A stretch of DNA of 59,905 bases, filler included, from Sphacelaria rigidula (lineage: Eukaryota), in NCBI GenBank assembly GCA_964200075.2. It is 8 parts of 8 records of this genome, joined end to end, with 100 filler letters (N's around TTAATTAATTAA, not from the genome) between each part and the next. Parts side by side here need not be neighbours in the genome. Positions count along the whole stretch, not along the records: positions 1 to 7,401 come from CAXNAA020015087.1; positions 7,502 to 14,902 come from CAXNAA020015088.1; 6 more parts are not named here. One strand, given 5' to 3'. Below the pieces are notes generated by a model. The model made no database searches, had not been told where the DNA came from, and saw only the letters and a list, made by a program, of their open reading frames with translations. Below, one piece after another: positions 1 to 11,650 of this stretch (the first letter of the stretch is position 1; each line of letters opens with the position of its first letter). The position numbers and the translations under genes are program-made.

Positions 1-236
1 AATAGGCCTATACTTTATGCAGGACACTTCTCGTCTATTGCATCTATTGACCATATATTGTCCAGGGTGTGAAATATTCACACGTCGGACAACTGATGAG
101 TGAACTCGGTTGTGACGTCAAACCTTTCTGCAGTGAAAAAGCCGTTGTTTCCTGTAGCATGGCCACGCTCCGTTGTGCCCGCAATGTATGCGTACCGGAA
201 GCGCGGTGGTGTCTCACGAGAGCATGATGTCGGTCT

Positions 237-300
237 GGGGGGGGGGGGGGGGGGGTTGTACCTCTGATCATGCATGCCATATTCATAAAACCATTGTTAA
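237..300 (-). repeat. Diverged copy of short dispersed repeat ending in (C)n on the minus strand
   Basis: (G)n-TTGTACCTCTGATCATGCATGCCATA; homologous to (G)n-TGTACTCATGATCATGCATGCCATA at about 41007-41050, 43629-43667 and 44842-44905. Confidence 0.7.
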
Positions 301-399
301 GGTGATAACGTTCGGCCTCATTCGGCGTGCACAACTCATGCTGACCTCAGTCGTTGTCAAGGCCTTCACGCCCCAGGCAATAGATTCTATTGTAAAAAT

Positions 400-510
400 A
401 TGTACTGCGTACAGTATGGAATCTGTTGTCTATTGCAATGGGCGCAATAGTCGATACTGTACGCAGGACACTGTTGACTGTGTATTCCATTGTCCAGGGT
501 GCGAAGGCTT
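400..510 (+). repeat. Locally repeated ~100-bp unit (other copies at ~1-75 and ~2478-2550)
   Basis: TACTGCGTA(C/T)AGTATGGAAT...TAGTCGATACTGTACGCAG shared with 2480-2545; GCAGGACACT...ATTGTCCAGGGTG shared with 1-75. Confidence 0.7.
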
Positions 511-3500
511 TACTTCGTGGCGGAGAGACATGGTGCAATCGTATGCGTAGACGCCTGAGGGCGTTGGACGTGCAGTGTTTTTATCGTGATCTTGTAATCA
601 GCATAAAATGTGTAATTGCAACAGCGGCAAAATGTAAACGAAAACGTTCCGGCGCAATATCGTAGTGTTTTGATTGTTGGTGGATGGTCCTTGCTAACGA
701 CGGCGGGTCACATTTCGATGTTTCTGTTATCATGTAGTCATCTCCATTTTCACGAGAAAACCTACTGCTCCTGCCTTTGTTATATACGTTGGGATATATA
801 TATATATATATAGATACTCACGACGGGCCAAACCCAAATGCACGTATCGGTGACATGCGAGTGCGTGGAAGAACATATGCTTATATGTCAAGCCTGCACT
901 TCTGTTACATATCGAGTGAGTGAAGGTAACCCTTTTGGCGCTGGAGATGGAAAAGTGCAGATTGCAAGGTGCTCTTGTTTGAACCACGTATGGTTGACGT
1001 TTTACGGCTTGCACGCAAATCTATTAGCATGAGGCGTGTTTTCCGTACCCGTATAAAAGACGTGCTGCAGTGAAACACGGGACCCGGTATATAGAAAATA
1101 GACAGGTGGTTCCGATTTTTGTTCGTATAGACTTCAGTCACACGCACGTGCTATTTTTGGCTGTGTACACAAATTTGAACAAAGTTGACCCGTTACTTCT
1201 CTTTGCTGGACAAAACTAATCCGGGTGACATTTTTGCAGAAGAATGGTTGCGGTAGTTTCCTCCTGTTCCCGTCTTTCTTTTGTCAGGGCGTGAACGAAT
1301 GAGGCACCTGGCCTGGGGACGGAAGGGGAGAGTTCCCCGAGGGTTTAAGGGTTCGTCCCGTACCCCTTTGTACTGGTGTCAACTGCCAGTAGACATTGTT
1401 TTTTGATTTTGATCAACTGGTATATCGCGTCTCGGCGCTCTTTTGAAGTCAGCATGTATTTCTACTGTCGGTTGGCATAAATATAATAGAGTCTGGGAAG
1501 AAGGTCATGTTACTATTATAGGCCATGTTGATAAAAAGTGCAGGTTTGGCAAATCATGAATTGGTTTGGCGAACAGTCCGGTGGAAAGATTTGAACAACT
1601 AGCTGGGGTGAGGGATAGTACTCAGTCGTTGGCTTGAAATGTTGGACAACCCATGGTTGGACAGTCTCGTCTGTGCTTTTTTTTATCCCAGTGGTGTACG
1701 TGTTGCGCTTTTCCATCCCCATGTGTACTCTTTCGTGCAAAGTGTAATGATCTCACACACGGCTACATCGTGTACTTTGTTGTGGAAGTGAGGCACGTGT
1801 TGTTCGCCAAGAGCAAGCGCATGATGACTGAGTTCGTTCGTTGTGTAATTACTCCGATGGGTGGCAGCCTGTAGGATATCGGATACAGTATAAATTGCCC
1901 AGATTTTGTGCACGTGTACTTGTGCGGATGCATATTACTCCTTGCAGTATCTTGATGCGATAACCGGTGAGGTCTTCCGTGGATTATGTTCCGAATGTAT
2001 TTACCTCTGCGAGGTATGTTGATATGGTGATCGGTGACGTCTTCCGGAGAATGACGAATTGCTGTCACATGAGAGCGAGGCTACGTTGCCCCCGCGTTCC
2101 TCCCTCACCTTATTCTGCGTCGGTTTTATCCCCTGTTGAGTCAGCACTGGGAGATCTTATCCAGCACAGGATGTTGCAGTTACGTTTCCTGGTCTGCTGC
2201 ATGTAAACCCGCGAAATGCCGTTAGCGTTCGCGCGACTGCATGCATCCCGATTCATGATCATTACCATGTCTACCGGCTCGTCTCATGAATCGGCTGTTA
2301 CTCGATGACACACAGGAATATATCTCAGTTGTTTCCAGGTCTAGTCTCTACCCCACTTTTGGCTCGCTATATGTCATCAGTGATGAGCACTAGACGATCT
2401 CGTGTGAGGCCAGATTGCATCAACCGCAGCATTGGCTTGCATCATACCCTAGGCACAGTTCTACAATGCCAAAACGTGTACTGCGTATAGTATGGAATAT
2501 TTTGTCCACAGCACTAGACGCAGTAGTCGATACTGTACGCAGTACGAGTTTTTGGCAGTGTAACATGTAGTTAAGGGTGTGGTACGGATCATCACGACTA
2601 ATGGGAGAGTACAGAAGCAATTCGTGGAGGACAAGTTTTCTCAGGACGATAGTCGTAGTCCAAGTATTTCACTTGACGGCCGTACACTCAGTCAATCAGG
2701 AAGCTATCCGTAGATTTATGGAAAGTATTGAAGATGGAATCGTTGCGAAGATACAGCCATCAGTACAGACATGCTTCCGCGATACTACTGATGCTGTAGT
2801 GAAGTCAGAAAGGACGACACGCTGGGTGTCGGCAGGTACAAGGGGCGCTAGAATTGACCCCGAGTTCGGTCACGTGACCACTGGATTGGCGAACTTTGGT
2901 GCAGGTGGAAAAAACGCTCGGTGAGTTTCCAGATCCCGGATCTGCGCAACCAGGCGGGGTCGGGAGCTATGCGCCAGAGCGCGTCAAGTTTGCACCCCCC
3001 TTGTGCTGTAGACGATAGAGGAGGACACAGGGTGCCGCTCGACAGCTGACATGTACAATGATTGAATGTCGGTTGTACCTGCTGGTGGAGATTCGTTAGA
3101 TAGGGTACACCCGTAAGATATCCATACGATTGATAATATACATGTTAGTGTTGCTCTCGAGTAAAACTCATGGATGGTATGACTTGAACGGAGAAGTGTC
3201 ACTCGCATGCTAGAGTCCTAGATTTGTATCGGACTTTTTGTAGGCATTATATCATCGTACTTGAGGCGCACCGTGAGACGAAGGTGTGTTTCGTGCTGCG
3301 AGGGTAGGATTGTACATGTTGACTCAAGTTGACGCTGCGTGCCAAACTCCAGTGGATTCCATATCGGACCAGACGGCCACAAGTAGGGAACCAGCAGAGC
3401 AACATCGATCTTTGTCTGTCGCGTAGGGTAAATCGACTGGGCACTATTATGCGGGCATAATGAGTGCTAGGTTCGACATATTGCAGGAAGTTCACACTGC

Positions 3501-6399
3501 GGAGTGCGATCGAGGGTCTGGCCCGAACGAGCTCGACATGGATAGTTGACGCTCCCAGTCGCGTGCTGGAGCACTCGGAGCCAAAATCGCCGACGACGAG
3601 TTGGTCCACGAGTTTTTCTCTTGCCTGACTCCCGTCGTTTTATCAGTGTGGAAGGGGTGCTTCGCATGCAGCAATATCTCATGGCAGATCGCGCTCGTCA
3701 GATAGTGAGGGATAGCATATGTGGCTCGCGCAGTTCCGGGGTGGAAAAGAGGGTGGGATGCAACCTCGCCGATGTGGGTGATGACAATAAGAGCTTGTCC
3801 TTGCACGAGGTGCGCGAGAGCCAATCCGTGAAACACGGCAGATTCGGGTAGTTCGCGTGGGGGCACGCCAAACCTCATGTTTTTCAACCGGAAGGGAGAC
3901 GGAGATGAGGAGAGGGTCTGGAGAAGGATAATGTATCAGACGTGACGAACTCAGTCATATTTCTGCTGAGTGCCCTCAATGCGTGTGCGAAGAGTGTGGT
4001 GTGGAAGAGTGAAGACGATTTCCAGCTCGAAGCCAAAGTAATACCGACGAGGACAGAATCATGTCGGGTGTTGATGTCCCACGTGGTTGGTACAGACGGG
4101 GCCAGCAGGGGGAAGCGGCCGGAGTCGTTCCATACGCACCTAGAGGACTGACGCGGTACCGGTTGCAGGGAGTGTGGAGAGTAGTTGGATTGTAGAGAGT
4201 GGAGCAACAGTGAACATGACAACATTCGTACCGTACATGATTCATGACTAGAAGTGCGGTACAGACGTAGTTCAACTGGCATATGGACGGCCGGGGTGCC
4301 TGCTGCCGACGCAGGCGGGGGGTTGGCTGCGAGAGCGCGCGAAGACGTGGATGTCCGTTTTCCGCAAGAGAGAGATAGCAAAGATGCTTCCGTCGAGCTG
4401 TATTCAATAGGGATCCCCTTTCGCGGACATCATGCGCGACCCACCTTGTGAGCGTTCGATTGTCGTTGGGAAAGCTGAGGTATGGGTCATCGTTGTTGCT
4501 TGCAAACGATGTGAGACTAGTTTGGCGATTTTAGTTCCGACGGTGAGATTTCATGTAAGGTTAGGGAGCAAGCAGGAGTTATTTGGTGACATTGTTTGTA
4601 CAGTCGACCCCGCTCTAAGGACGCTCCTGGAAAGGAAACTCCCCGTTTTAACCGTTTTGGGACCGGGCCTCCAGAACGACCAATGAGGCTGGTCAGGAAT
4701 GACGTGTCTGGCGTCTGCACGAAACAGTGACGTGTTGCTGAAACTCCGCGTATGTAACCGCAGGGTCATGACGAACACCGAAAGTTTCATCCGATCTATT
4801 TTCAGGTGCAGGGTGCGCATTTGGTGGTGTACATCTGATGTAGCAAGCAGTATGGGTCGTGGTAGAGAGCTTCCAACAAGATGCGGCGACCGGCGAGCCG
4901 CCCGCCACCCGTGGCTTTGGATGATACTTTTGTCCCCACCACCTTGCCACACAGCCCTTTGTGTTTGGGGTGGGCCGCCATTTCCGCCCTTGTTGCATGC
5001 GGAAAATTCTCGTCGAAAGGTATCAGCGTTGCGGCGCGCATGCGTACAACAGTATACAATAGTACAGTACAGTGTACTCCGCCTCTCCGACTGAGGCAGC
5101 AGCTGCCGCTGCATACTCCCTTGCACGTTCTGGGCAATTGTCAGCTACCGAGATCAACTGCTTGTATACAGCTTTGTCATCCCTGTCCACTACATACATG
5201 TGGACTGCACACTGCAAGTCATCGGCAGAGGGACACGCAGAATTCATTACGGTAGCTCTTTTTGTCTTTCCACAGCCCACCTGGATTTTGTGCCTCGTGA
5301 AAATGACCACATTGTAGCATGTACACTCGTTCCCGGCTTGTTCGGTCGACCCTGTGTTAGTGTAATGACTGCGTTTAAGTATAGAATTTGACCCCAAGAA
5401 ACCACCGGAAAACTTGGGAACGGTACACTGAGTGCAAGTCATATCATATAACCAAGTTCCGACCGCCCTGCACTTGGAAACCTGCGAAGGCTTATCTGGG
5501 CCAGGGATAGGGTCCCCACACGATCTTTACAGTGGCATCGTACTCGCCAACAATTCCAGCACTGGCCGTTCGGGTCTGGTCGATAAATTTCGCCTCGCCG
5601 TGATTGGGCAGGTCGCTCGAAGACTTGTTTTTCATTATTTCACCAACACAGGATCAACCCTGTGTTAGTGGGAGGTCGGTCCCAAAAGGGTTAAGGATGA
5701 TTTTTTTTCTCAAACCAGGGGACCCGACAGAAAGTAGAACTATTGTAGTAGGGTATGTACCATTTTCTACTCTGCGGGCCCCCATTTTTCACTCCTGGTA
5801 GGATGGTGAGCTATCGTCCCCTGAAATTTAAGGACGGAACCCTGCTTTAAGGACGCTTTTTTTCGCGAAAAACCATGTGCGTCCTTAAAGCGAGGTCGAC
5901 TGTATTTGAAGAGTATGTCAGTTGCTTGGAATGCGGTGATTTACGGATGGATAACGTTGGTGGTGATATTAGGTTGAGAACAAGCGTACCGCACGCGTAT
6001 TGGGTTCATTTCCCGAGCTTTTCGGGGGTGCATGTGGCTTGCGAGTTGGGGGAGAGGCAACTGGGGGTCGGGTTGTGCAGCTGCAGCACCCAACATTGTC
6101 CACACAGACCGTGCCTACATAGACCCGTTCAGCGTGTGCAGTCATCAGGAATTTTATGTTTGATAGAGGCGCAATTCTCTCTTCCTTTCCCTATCTCTCT
6201 CTCTATGTATGTGTTGTTTCCTCCCGGTGTGTGCGAATAGCAGTTTGTTGTCTCGTTCCGCGGATCCACAAGAGCAGCTTCATACCCCAGATAATGACGT
6301 CGAAATAGATGAGGCGTGGTTTCTTGTTTTTATCGATTGGGTATGAGTGTGCTTTTTTCACAAGACGTTTCCCACCGAAGCTATGTGGCGGAGGCCGGC

Positions 6400-6635
6400 C
6401 ATCGCTATTTTTGTTTTTTTTCCTCCTGTTTTTTTTCCTCCTGTTTTTTTCCTTCTTTTCCTTTTCTTCTTTTGACTTTATCAGTCTTTGTCTGCTCCAA
6501 ATTTCTGTTTTCTTCACTTTTTTCTGCAAGTGTTTCAGATATGTCGGGTGCGTCTATCATGTGGATGATGACCGCGGCTAGATTATGACTCCTGGGGGAT
6601 AAGATCAAGTGCGACACTTATCGATCAATCCATCA
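6400..6635 (+). mobile_element. Non-LTR retroelement 3' end, (CAAT)n-tail family
   Basis: T-rich tract then GGGTGCGTCTATCATG...GGGGGA..AAGTGCGACA...ATCAATC; same terminus at 24325-24405 (+), 25680-25770 (-), 54556-54605 (-), 55045-55090 (-), 58590-58655 (+). Confidence 0.65.
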
Positions 6636-6683
6636 GAGGCAAGCATTTGGGGTTACTGAGCTAATAATTTGAGATTACAGACT

Positions 6684-6789
6684 GTGACCACGGGTTCGCG
6701 AGATCGGACTCATGTGCGGGAATAATAATAATAACAATAATAATAACAATAACAATAATAACAATAATAACAATAATAACAATAATAAC
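6684..6789 (+). mobile_element. Retroposon 3' end with (AAT/AAC)n microsatellite tail
   Basis: GTGACCACGGGTTCGCGAGATCGGACTCATGTGCGGG followed by ~70 bp of AAT/AAC repeats; near-identical terminus with AAT-type tail on the minus strand at 32322-32378. Confidence 0.7.
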
Positions 6790-7401
6790 CGAGTGTTTCA
6801 ACTTGCGTTCGTTTGTTTTGTTTGTAGCTGATACCCCACTTCCTATGCGTACAGTCATGAATAATTATTGGACTCTACAGGGGATAATCTCGACAGGTGC
6901 ATATGTACAATGAATCGATCTGTCCGGGGTACGTAAGTTGCAATGACTGTCTCTCGGGTTTGCACCTGCGCTATTTTAGGGCATGTGAGACATGCTCGGG
7001 TGATGGAATATCGATCGCTTGTCTGGTCAAGACATCAGGGCTATGGTTTGAAGATGTTCAGATGATCGCAACAAGCAGTACTCAATGTTTCTCCGATAGG
7101 TTGCATGGGCACGCCGCATTAAACCGATATTTCACCGATACGAACAATGGGGTACAGTTTTTACTTGGTTGTGTTCGTCACGTAGATGGACAGGTTCACA
7201 GTTCTCTCCGTCGATCGCCACTGCGATGTATTACTTTGCGGAGCGTCTCGGGGCATTACTTTTGAAAATGAATACATATGCTGTTTCGCGGCATTACGTT
7301 TTGGGGGGAGGGGGGGGGGGGGGGGGGAAGATTTATTGTTTGCCGTAGTCGTTTGGCCATTGCCCATACACCCCTTTCAAGATGGAGCGCCAATCTTACT
7401 C

Positions 7402-7501
7402 NNNNNNNNNNNNNNNNNNNNNNNNNNNNNNNNNNNNNNNNNNNNTTAATTAATTAANNNNNNNNNNNNNNNNNNNNNNNNNNNNNNNNNNNNNNNNNNN
7501 N
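7402..7501. other. Artificial contig spacer (N44-TTAATTAATTAA-N44)
   Basis: 100-nt N block with a central 12-mer giving stops in all six frames; recurs about every 7.5 kb. Confidence 0.97.
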
Positions 7502-7950
7502 TACGGCGTTTGGTTTGACGTCCCCCTTCGTGTATCTGCAGCAGAATGGAAATGTTTTTCATCGGTTTCCCGCCAGCGCCCAATGACACTCAGGTGCACC
7601 CGGAAACATCAGCACCTGGCAACCGGCGGGGGAATGGAACAGCGTCACGGCATGAGCCACCAGATCCTTCGCTACCGCCCATGCCTGCAGTCTGTCCTCG
7701 AGGCGGGTGGAATAACACGATTTTTTGCCACCCGCTTCATGCGCCTTGCAGCCCCCACCATGAGTTCCTCTAGGAAACCGCGTAAGAGCGCCACTACTTC
7801 GGCCATACGTGGCAACGAGGTACGCAACCGGGTCATTGCGTGCACGAATTGCATTAATTCTGCGGCTGTTTCTGGACGCCGCATGTCAGACAAACCTTGC
7901 TAGCGGACCGGGTCATGTGAGACGCGGCCGTGTGAGTAAACGTTTCTACA

Positions 7951-9084
7951 TCACGCTAGTTCACTAGCAAAAAAGGTACACTTGTGGGCAGCTGCAAACA
8001 GACCAACACTCTCTACGCGAGCAAAGACTGCATCAAGCGTATCCAACAGTTCGCCTTCCGTATCCGCGAAGAAAAAGACATCATCCACCCATATCTCGCA
8101 TTTCAAGCCATCTAAAAGCTCTGCCATGACAACTTGAAAATAGGAAGTAGCAGTCAACACGCCTTGCGGTACTCTCTGCGGGGTAAACATGCCAAACGGA
8201 GTCGTGATTGTGAATATCTCTTGCGCCTCTTCGGCCAACGGCATCTGCCAGTACCCCTGTAGGAGGTCCAACTTACCGAAACATCGTGCACTCAACAGGT
8301 CTATCATGTCAGATTCCTGATTGGGCATGACACCCGGCGACTTCTCCACCTGATCATTGACGGCTCCGTAATCGCTGACAAGACGGAAAGAGTCCTTCTT
8401 CGGCACCGCCATCGCTGGACTGGACCACACCGCCTGTAAATTCCTGAACACCAACCCAAACGCCACATGAGCTCCCATGCAAGAAGCTATCCAACTGGAC
8501 TTTACCGGATCATACCTCCTCGGTTTTGCCTTCACTGCGGCCACCCCTGGCTTCAGCGTAACCATCATGGGTTCCACGCGCGCAGGAGGATCACCCCGCA
8601 GCGCACGACGAAACACGTGAACGTCGCGATACAGTATACCACGCAAGCGCTCCGCTTTTGAGACGGTGAGGCCATTTGCTGCAGCATCCGTCACGCTTTC
8701 CTCAAGCGCAACCTTTCGCGCGGACTCTTCTTCCGCCGGATCCATAAACGTATCGGGGCCACGCTCCACCAAGCGTTCCACCGCCTCATCACGCTCCTCG
8801 AAAACTTGCCCCCCCGCCTCCTGGGGAGCATCAACCGACAAGCTCACTCTGCAACTGGCCATAAAAGCAGGCGTCTCGACACTCGAACCGCGCGACAGCA
8901 TTTGCATTTTCAGGGACTCCAACAGCCGATCATATGGATCGACTCCGATTCCCCGAAGCGTCGGTAGGCCCAACAGAACGACACCATCCGTCCCCGGCAT
9001 GATCGCAAACGATATTGGGGGTAATTTTGCTGGACCCCAGGTAGTCAGGAACGCCAATTCTAGGAGAATCGTACGCTCCGTCAT
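7951..9084 (-). pseudogene. Gypsy pol fragment (end of protease region plus reverse transcriptase)
   Basis: 377-aa ORF with WSSPAMAVPKK, FRLVSDY, LDLLQGYWQ, PFGMFTPQRVPQG, IWVDD, KCTF motifs. Confidence 0.92.
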
Positions 9085-9807
9085 ATTTGTACGTTGCCCC
9101 GATGCGGTGATGGCCTGCCGCGCCCCGAGCGAGAACGGAATTCAGATTTTCTCACCGGGGAGTAGACGCTCCAGCATCTCCACAATCAGCACCCACACGC
9201 TCGTGAAGTGGGCGCCTGAATCCAACACCGCGTTGATCGATATAGCTCCCCGCGCCTGTTGATCGGGGAGATATACCTCGGCAGGGACATAATTGTCTTG
9301 GTCCTCGACCGGCACCTGCTCCGCCGACTGATGGGTCGTAATCCCCACTTGGCGCCACGGCTGCGCGCGCGGCGCAGGCATGGACGCCCCCGCTGGGGTC
9401 ACCGGCACCGCCGGCGGGTACGAAGCCCCGCCCGCGGAACCAAATTGCAGCGGTACCCCGGCCGGCTCCGCAGCCGATCCAAATTGCAGCTGAAAACCGG
9501 CCGGCTCCGCAGCCGGCGGCTCGCCTTGCTCCGCTGCCGGCGGCGCCGGCACCGAGCCCGACACTAGAGAGATCGGTCCCATCTGTACCGCCCGTTGTGG
9601 AGCAGCAGCTCCTGCGGCTGAGCCGGACCCAGAACCGGACCCCTGCTGACACCGCTGCCCCTGCTGCTGCTGCTGTTGGAAACTCGGCTGTACACCTCCA
9701 CCGCTGGAGGATACGTCTCCGCCAGCACCCCGATTACCTTTCCCTCCTTTGTGATTGCGAGGGCGCGCGGCACTTGTCTGCCCAGACTCCCCCTCAGAAG
9801 GCGTTGG

Positions 9808-10623
9808 GCACTTCCGTGCGATGTGACCTACGTGGTCACACTGATAGCAAGTAGTATTGGAGGCGGCACTGCCTGCGGATTTTGGCGATTACGCGAGCTC
9901 GAAGACTGCGGCGACGAAGTGGATGATTTTCCGAATACTTCGACCCGCCGTCATGCCTGAGCTTCAGCCACCGCGGTATCCATGACTTAATACGGGCCCG
10001 ACGTCCAATTTGTTTCATGCTGTAACTGTACAAGCACGGCCTGCTTAAATTCTGCCGGTGCCAGGCCCTCTACCATCGCTTTAGTAGCCACCGCAGCGGG
10101 CCCTGGGCGAAATTTCCCATCGGACGAACAATAAATCGTCTCTACCTTGGGATTTTCCGAAAAATACATCTCCAATTTACCCATTATGGGCTCCACCCTC
10201 TCGCGCATGATCCGCTCCTCGTGGTTCATTGCGACAGCCTTCACCACTGCCGCGGACGCCTGAGTAAGCTTTACCTCCGCTCCTGCCGCATGCCCTGCGT
10301 GCTTCTTTACCGCTGCGGCCAACTGCAGCGGCGTTATAGTATGCTTTTCGTTGAACCTTCTCGCGAAGACGCGTTGCAGGGGGGTAGGCACTAGTTGCGC
10401 CATAGAAACCACCGGATGCCTTACCGCACCCCCCTGCATTCGCATGCTCCATCCTCCTTTTGTATTCCACGTATTTCGTGTAAAACGAACGAGAAGTACC
10501 CTCATAATACAAATTCCCGTGACTGGGCGGCCGTAACTCTTCCCTTAGAACGACTGGGGTTACAGCCGTTTCCGCTGGCTCTATTGCCGGTACCTCAGTA
10601 GTCGACATTCTCGAGCGGAACAT
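9808..10623 (-). pseudogene. Gypsy gag (frameshifted) with CCHC zinc knuckle
   Basis: Overlapping ORFs 10177-10623 and 9987-10505 upstream of a C-x2-C-x4-H-x4-C knuckle and pol. Confidence 0.75.
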
Positions 10624-10921
10624 CGAAGATTTCTGAAACCTTCTCGAACTTCAGTTCACACTTGCTTTCTCCGCCGCTCCACACAGCCCTGGGGTCCTAT
10701 AAACACCCGCTGTACGCAGCTCCAGCAAGTCTCCAGTCTGGATCAGTCACGGGCCAGCCGCCTTTGCAGCTACCTCAGGATGAAACCTCCTCACGCGTCC
10801 GTGAAGCTCTATGCCCGATGCTAGCCACAAGTTGTCCAGACCTCTTTCTGCTGAAATTTTTTCAGCAGTCTCAAACGACAGCACCAACTAGCACGCCTAA
10901 CACTAGCACTAATATCGATAT

Positions 10922-11183
10922 TGTGACGCCGGCAGATTGCTAGTACTGGAGCGTCTAAATGCTGTTGAGGGAATCCCCAGTTCCACTGGCCTCGAGGTCT
11001 CAGTTGTCAGCCTTCATAACACCTTATCATTACCGGAGTGCCTTCCGGGCAAATACGCTCCATAAATCACATCAGGGTAACACCCCTGTGTCCATGTCAT
11101 CATCCATCTCATCCCTACAGATCCCAAGTCATCATCCAATCATCACCACCATCTACTCAACGGGAAGGCGTGATTTCGTCACA
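10922..11183 (-). repeat. Putative 5' LTR (262 bp)
   Basis: Bounded by a 7-bp inverted repeat TGTGACG (10922-10928) / CGTCACA (11177-11183), giving TG..CA ends, ~300 bp upstream of gag. Confidence 0.7.
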
Positions 11184-11462
11184 GTCCCTACTTCTCGCAC
11201 ACTCTGCTGCCCCAAGAAAATATCATCGAAGTCGATCTGAATGCACGAAGAAAAATGCGCCAACTCTTAACTCATCGACTCATTTACCACACGCGGAAGT
11301 CAGGCACCCGCTAGACCCGGCCAAAACAAAAACGACAGCAGTAACTTCTGTGCGTGCGGCAAAACGCAAATCGCCCTACGCGTGAAAATACTGGACCTGT
11401 ACTCTGTTCTTCACGTGGTTGTGTGTGATTTGTGCGTGTGTGCGTCTTGGTTTGACCGCATA

Positions 11463-11650
11463 CAGGGCGGGGGTGACGTCAGATCCGCACTATATAGGGT
11501 CGTGTGGTGGGCCAAACCCGCACTATAGAGGTTTGCTCCAATAGTGCGGCACGCGCACTATCGAGGAGTCTAAGTTGTACGAAGCGATTTCACCCGCGTT
11601 ATATCGGGTACGCGCACTATATAACCCGCACTATATCGGGGCCCCCACTG
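11463..11650. mobile_element. Small Tc1/mariner-type MITE with internal GCACTAT repeats
   Basis: TA|CAGGGCGGGG ... CCCCCACTG|TA ends; about six copies of GCACTAT in both orientations. Confidence 0.5.

Larger units (their letters stand above)
7502..11183 (-). mobile_element. Decayed Ty3/Gypsy LTR retrotransposon: 5' LTR, gag, protease, RT, start of RNase H; truncated at contig end
   Basis: Minus-strand domain order: gag ORFs 10623-9987, CCHC knuckle CYQCDHVGHIARKC (9849-9808), protease VLDSGA, RT KLDLLQGYWQMPL...PQG...WVDD, RNase H lead-in AELMQFV..; frameshifts and stops between pieces. Confidence 0.92.

Noticed and set aside
3000-3900. Possible degenerate integrase on the minus strand (FTDWLSRT, GDFGSE, TPQ)
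   Set aside because: Motifs are short, lie in different frames and could be chance; not supportable without an HMM search
7446-7457. TTAATTAATTAA recurring at fixed spacing as a biological repeat
   Set aside because: Embedded in N runs with identical geometry; an assembly linker
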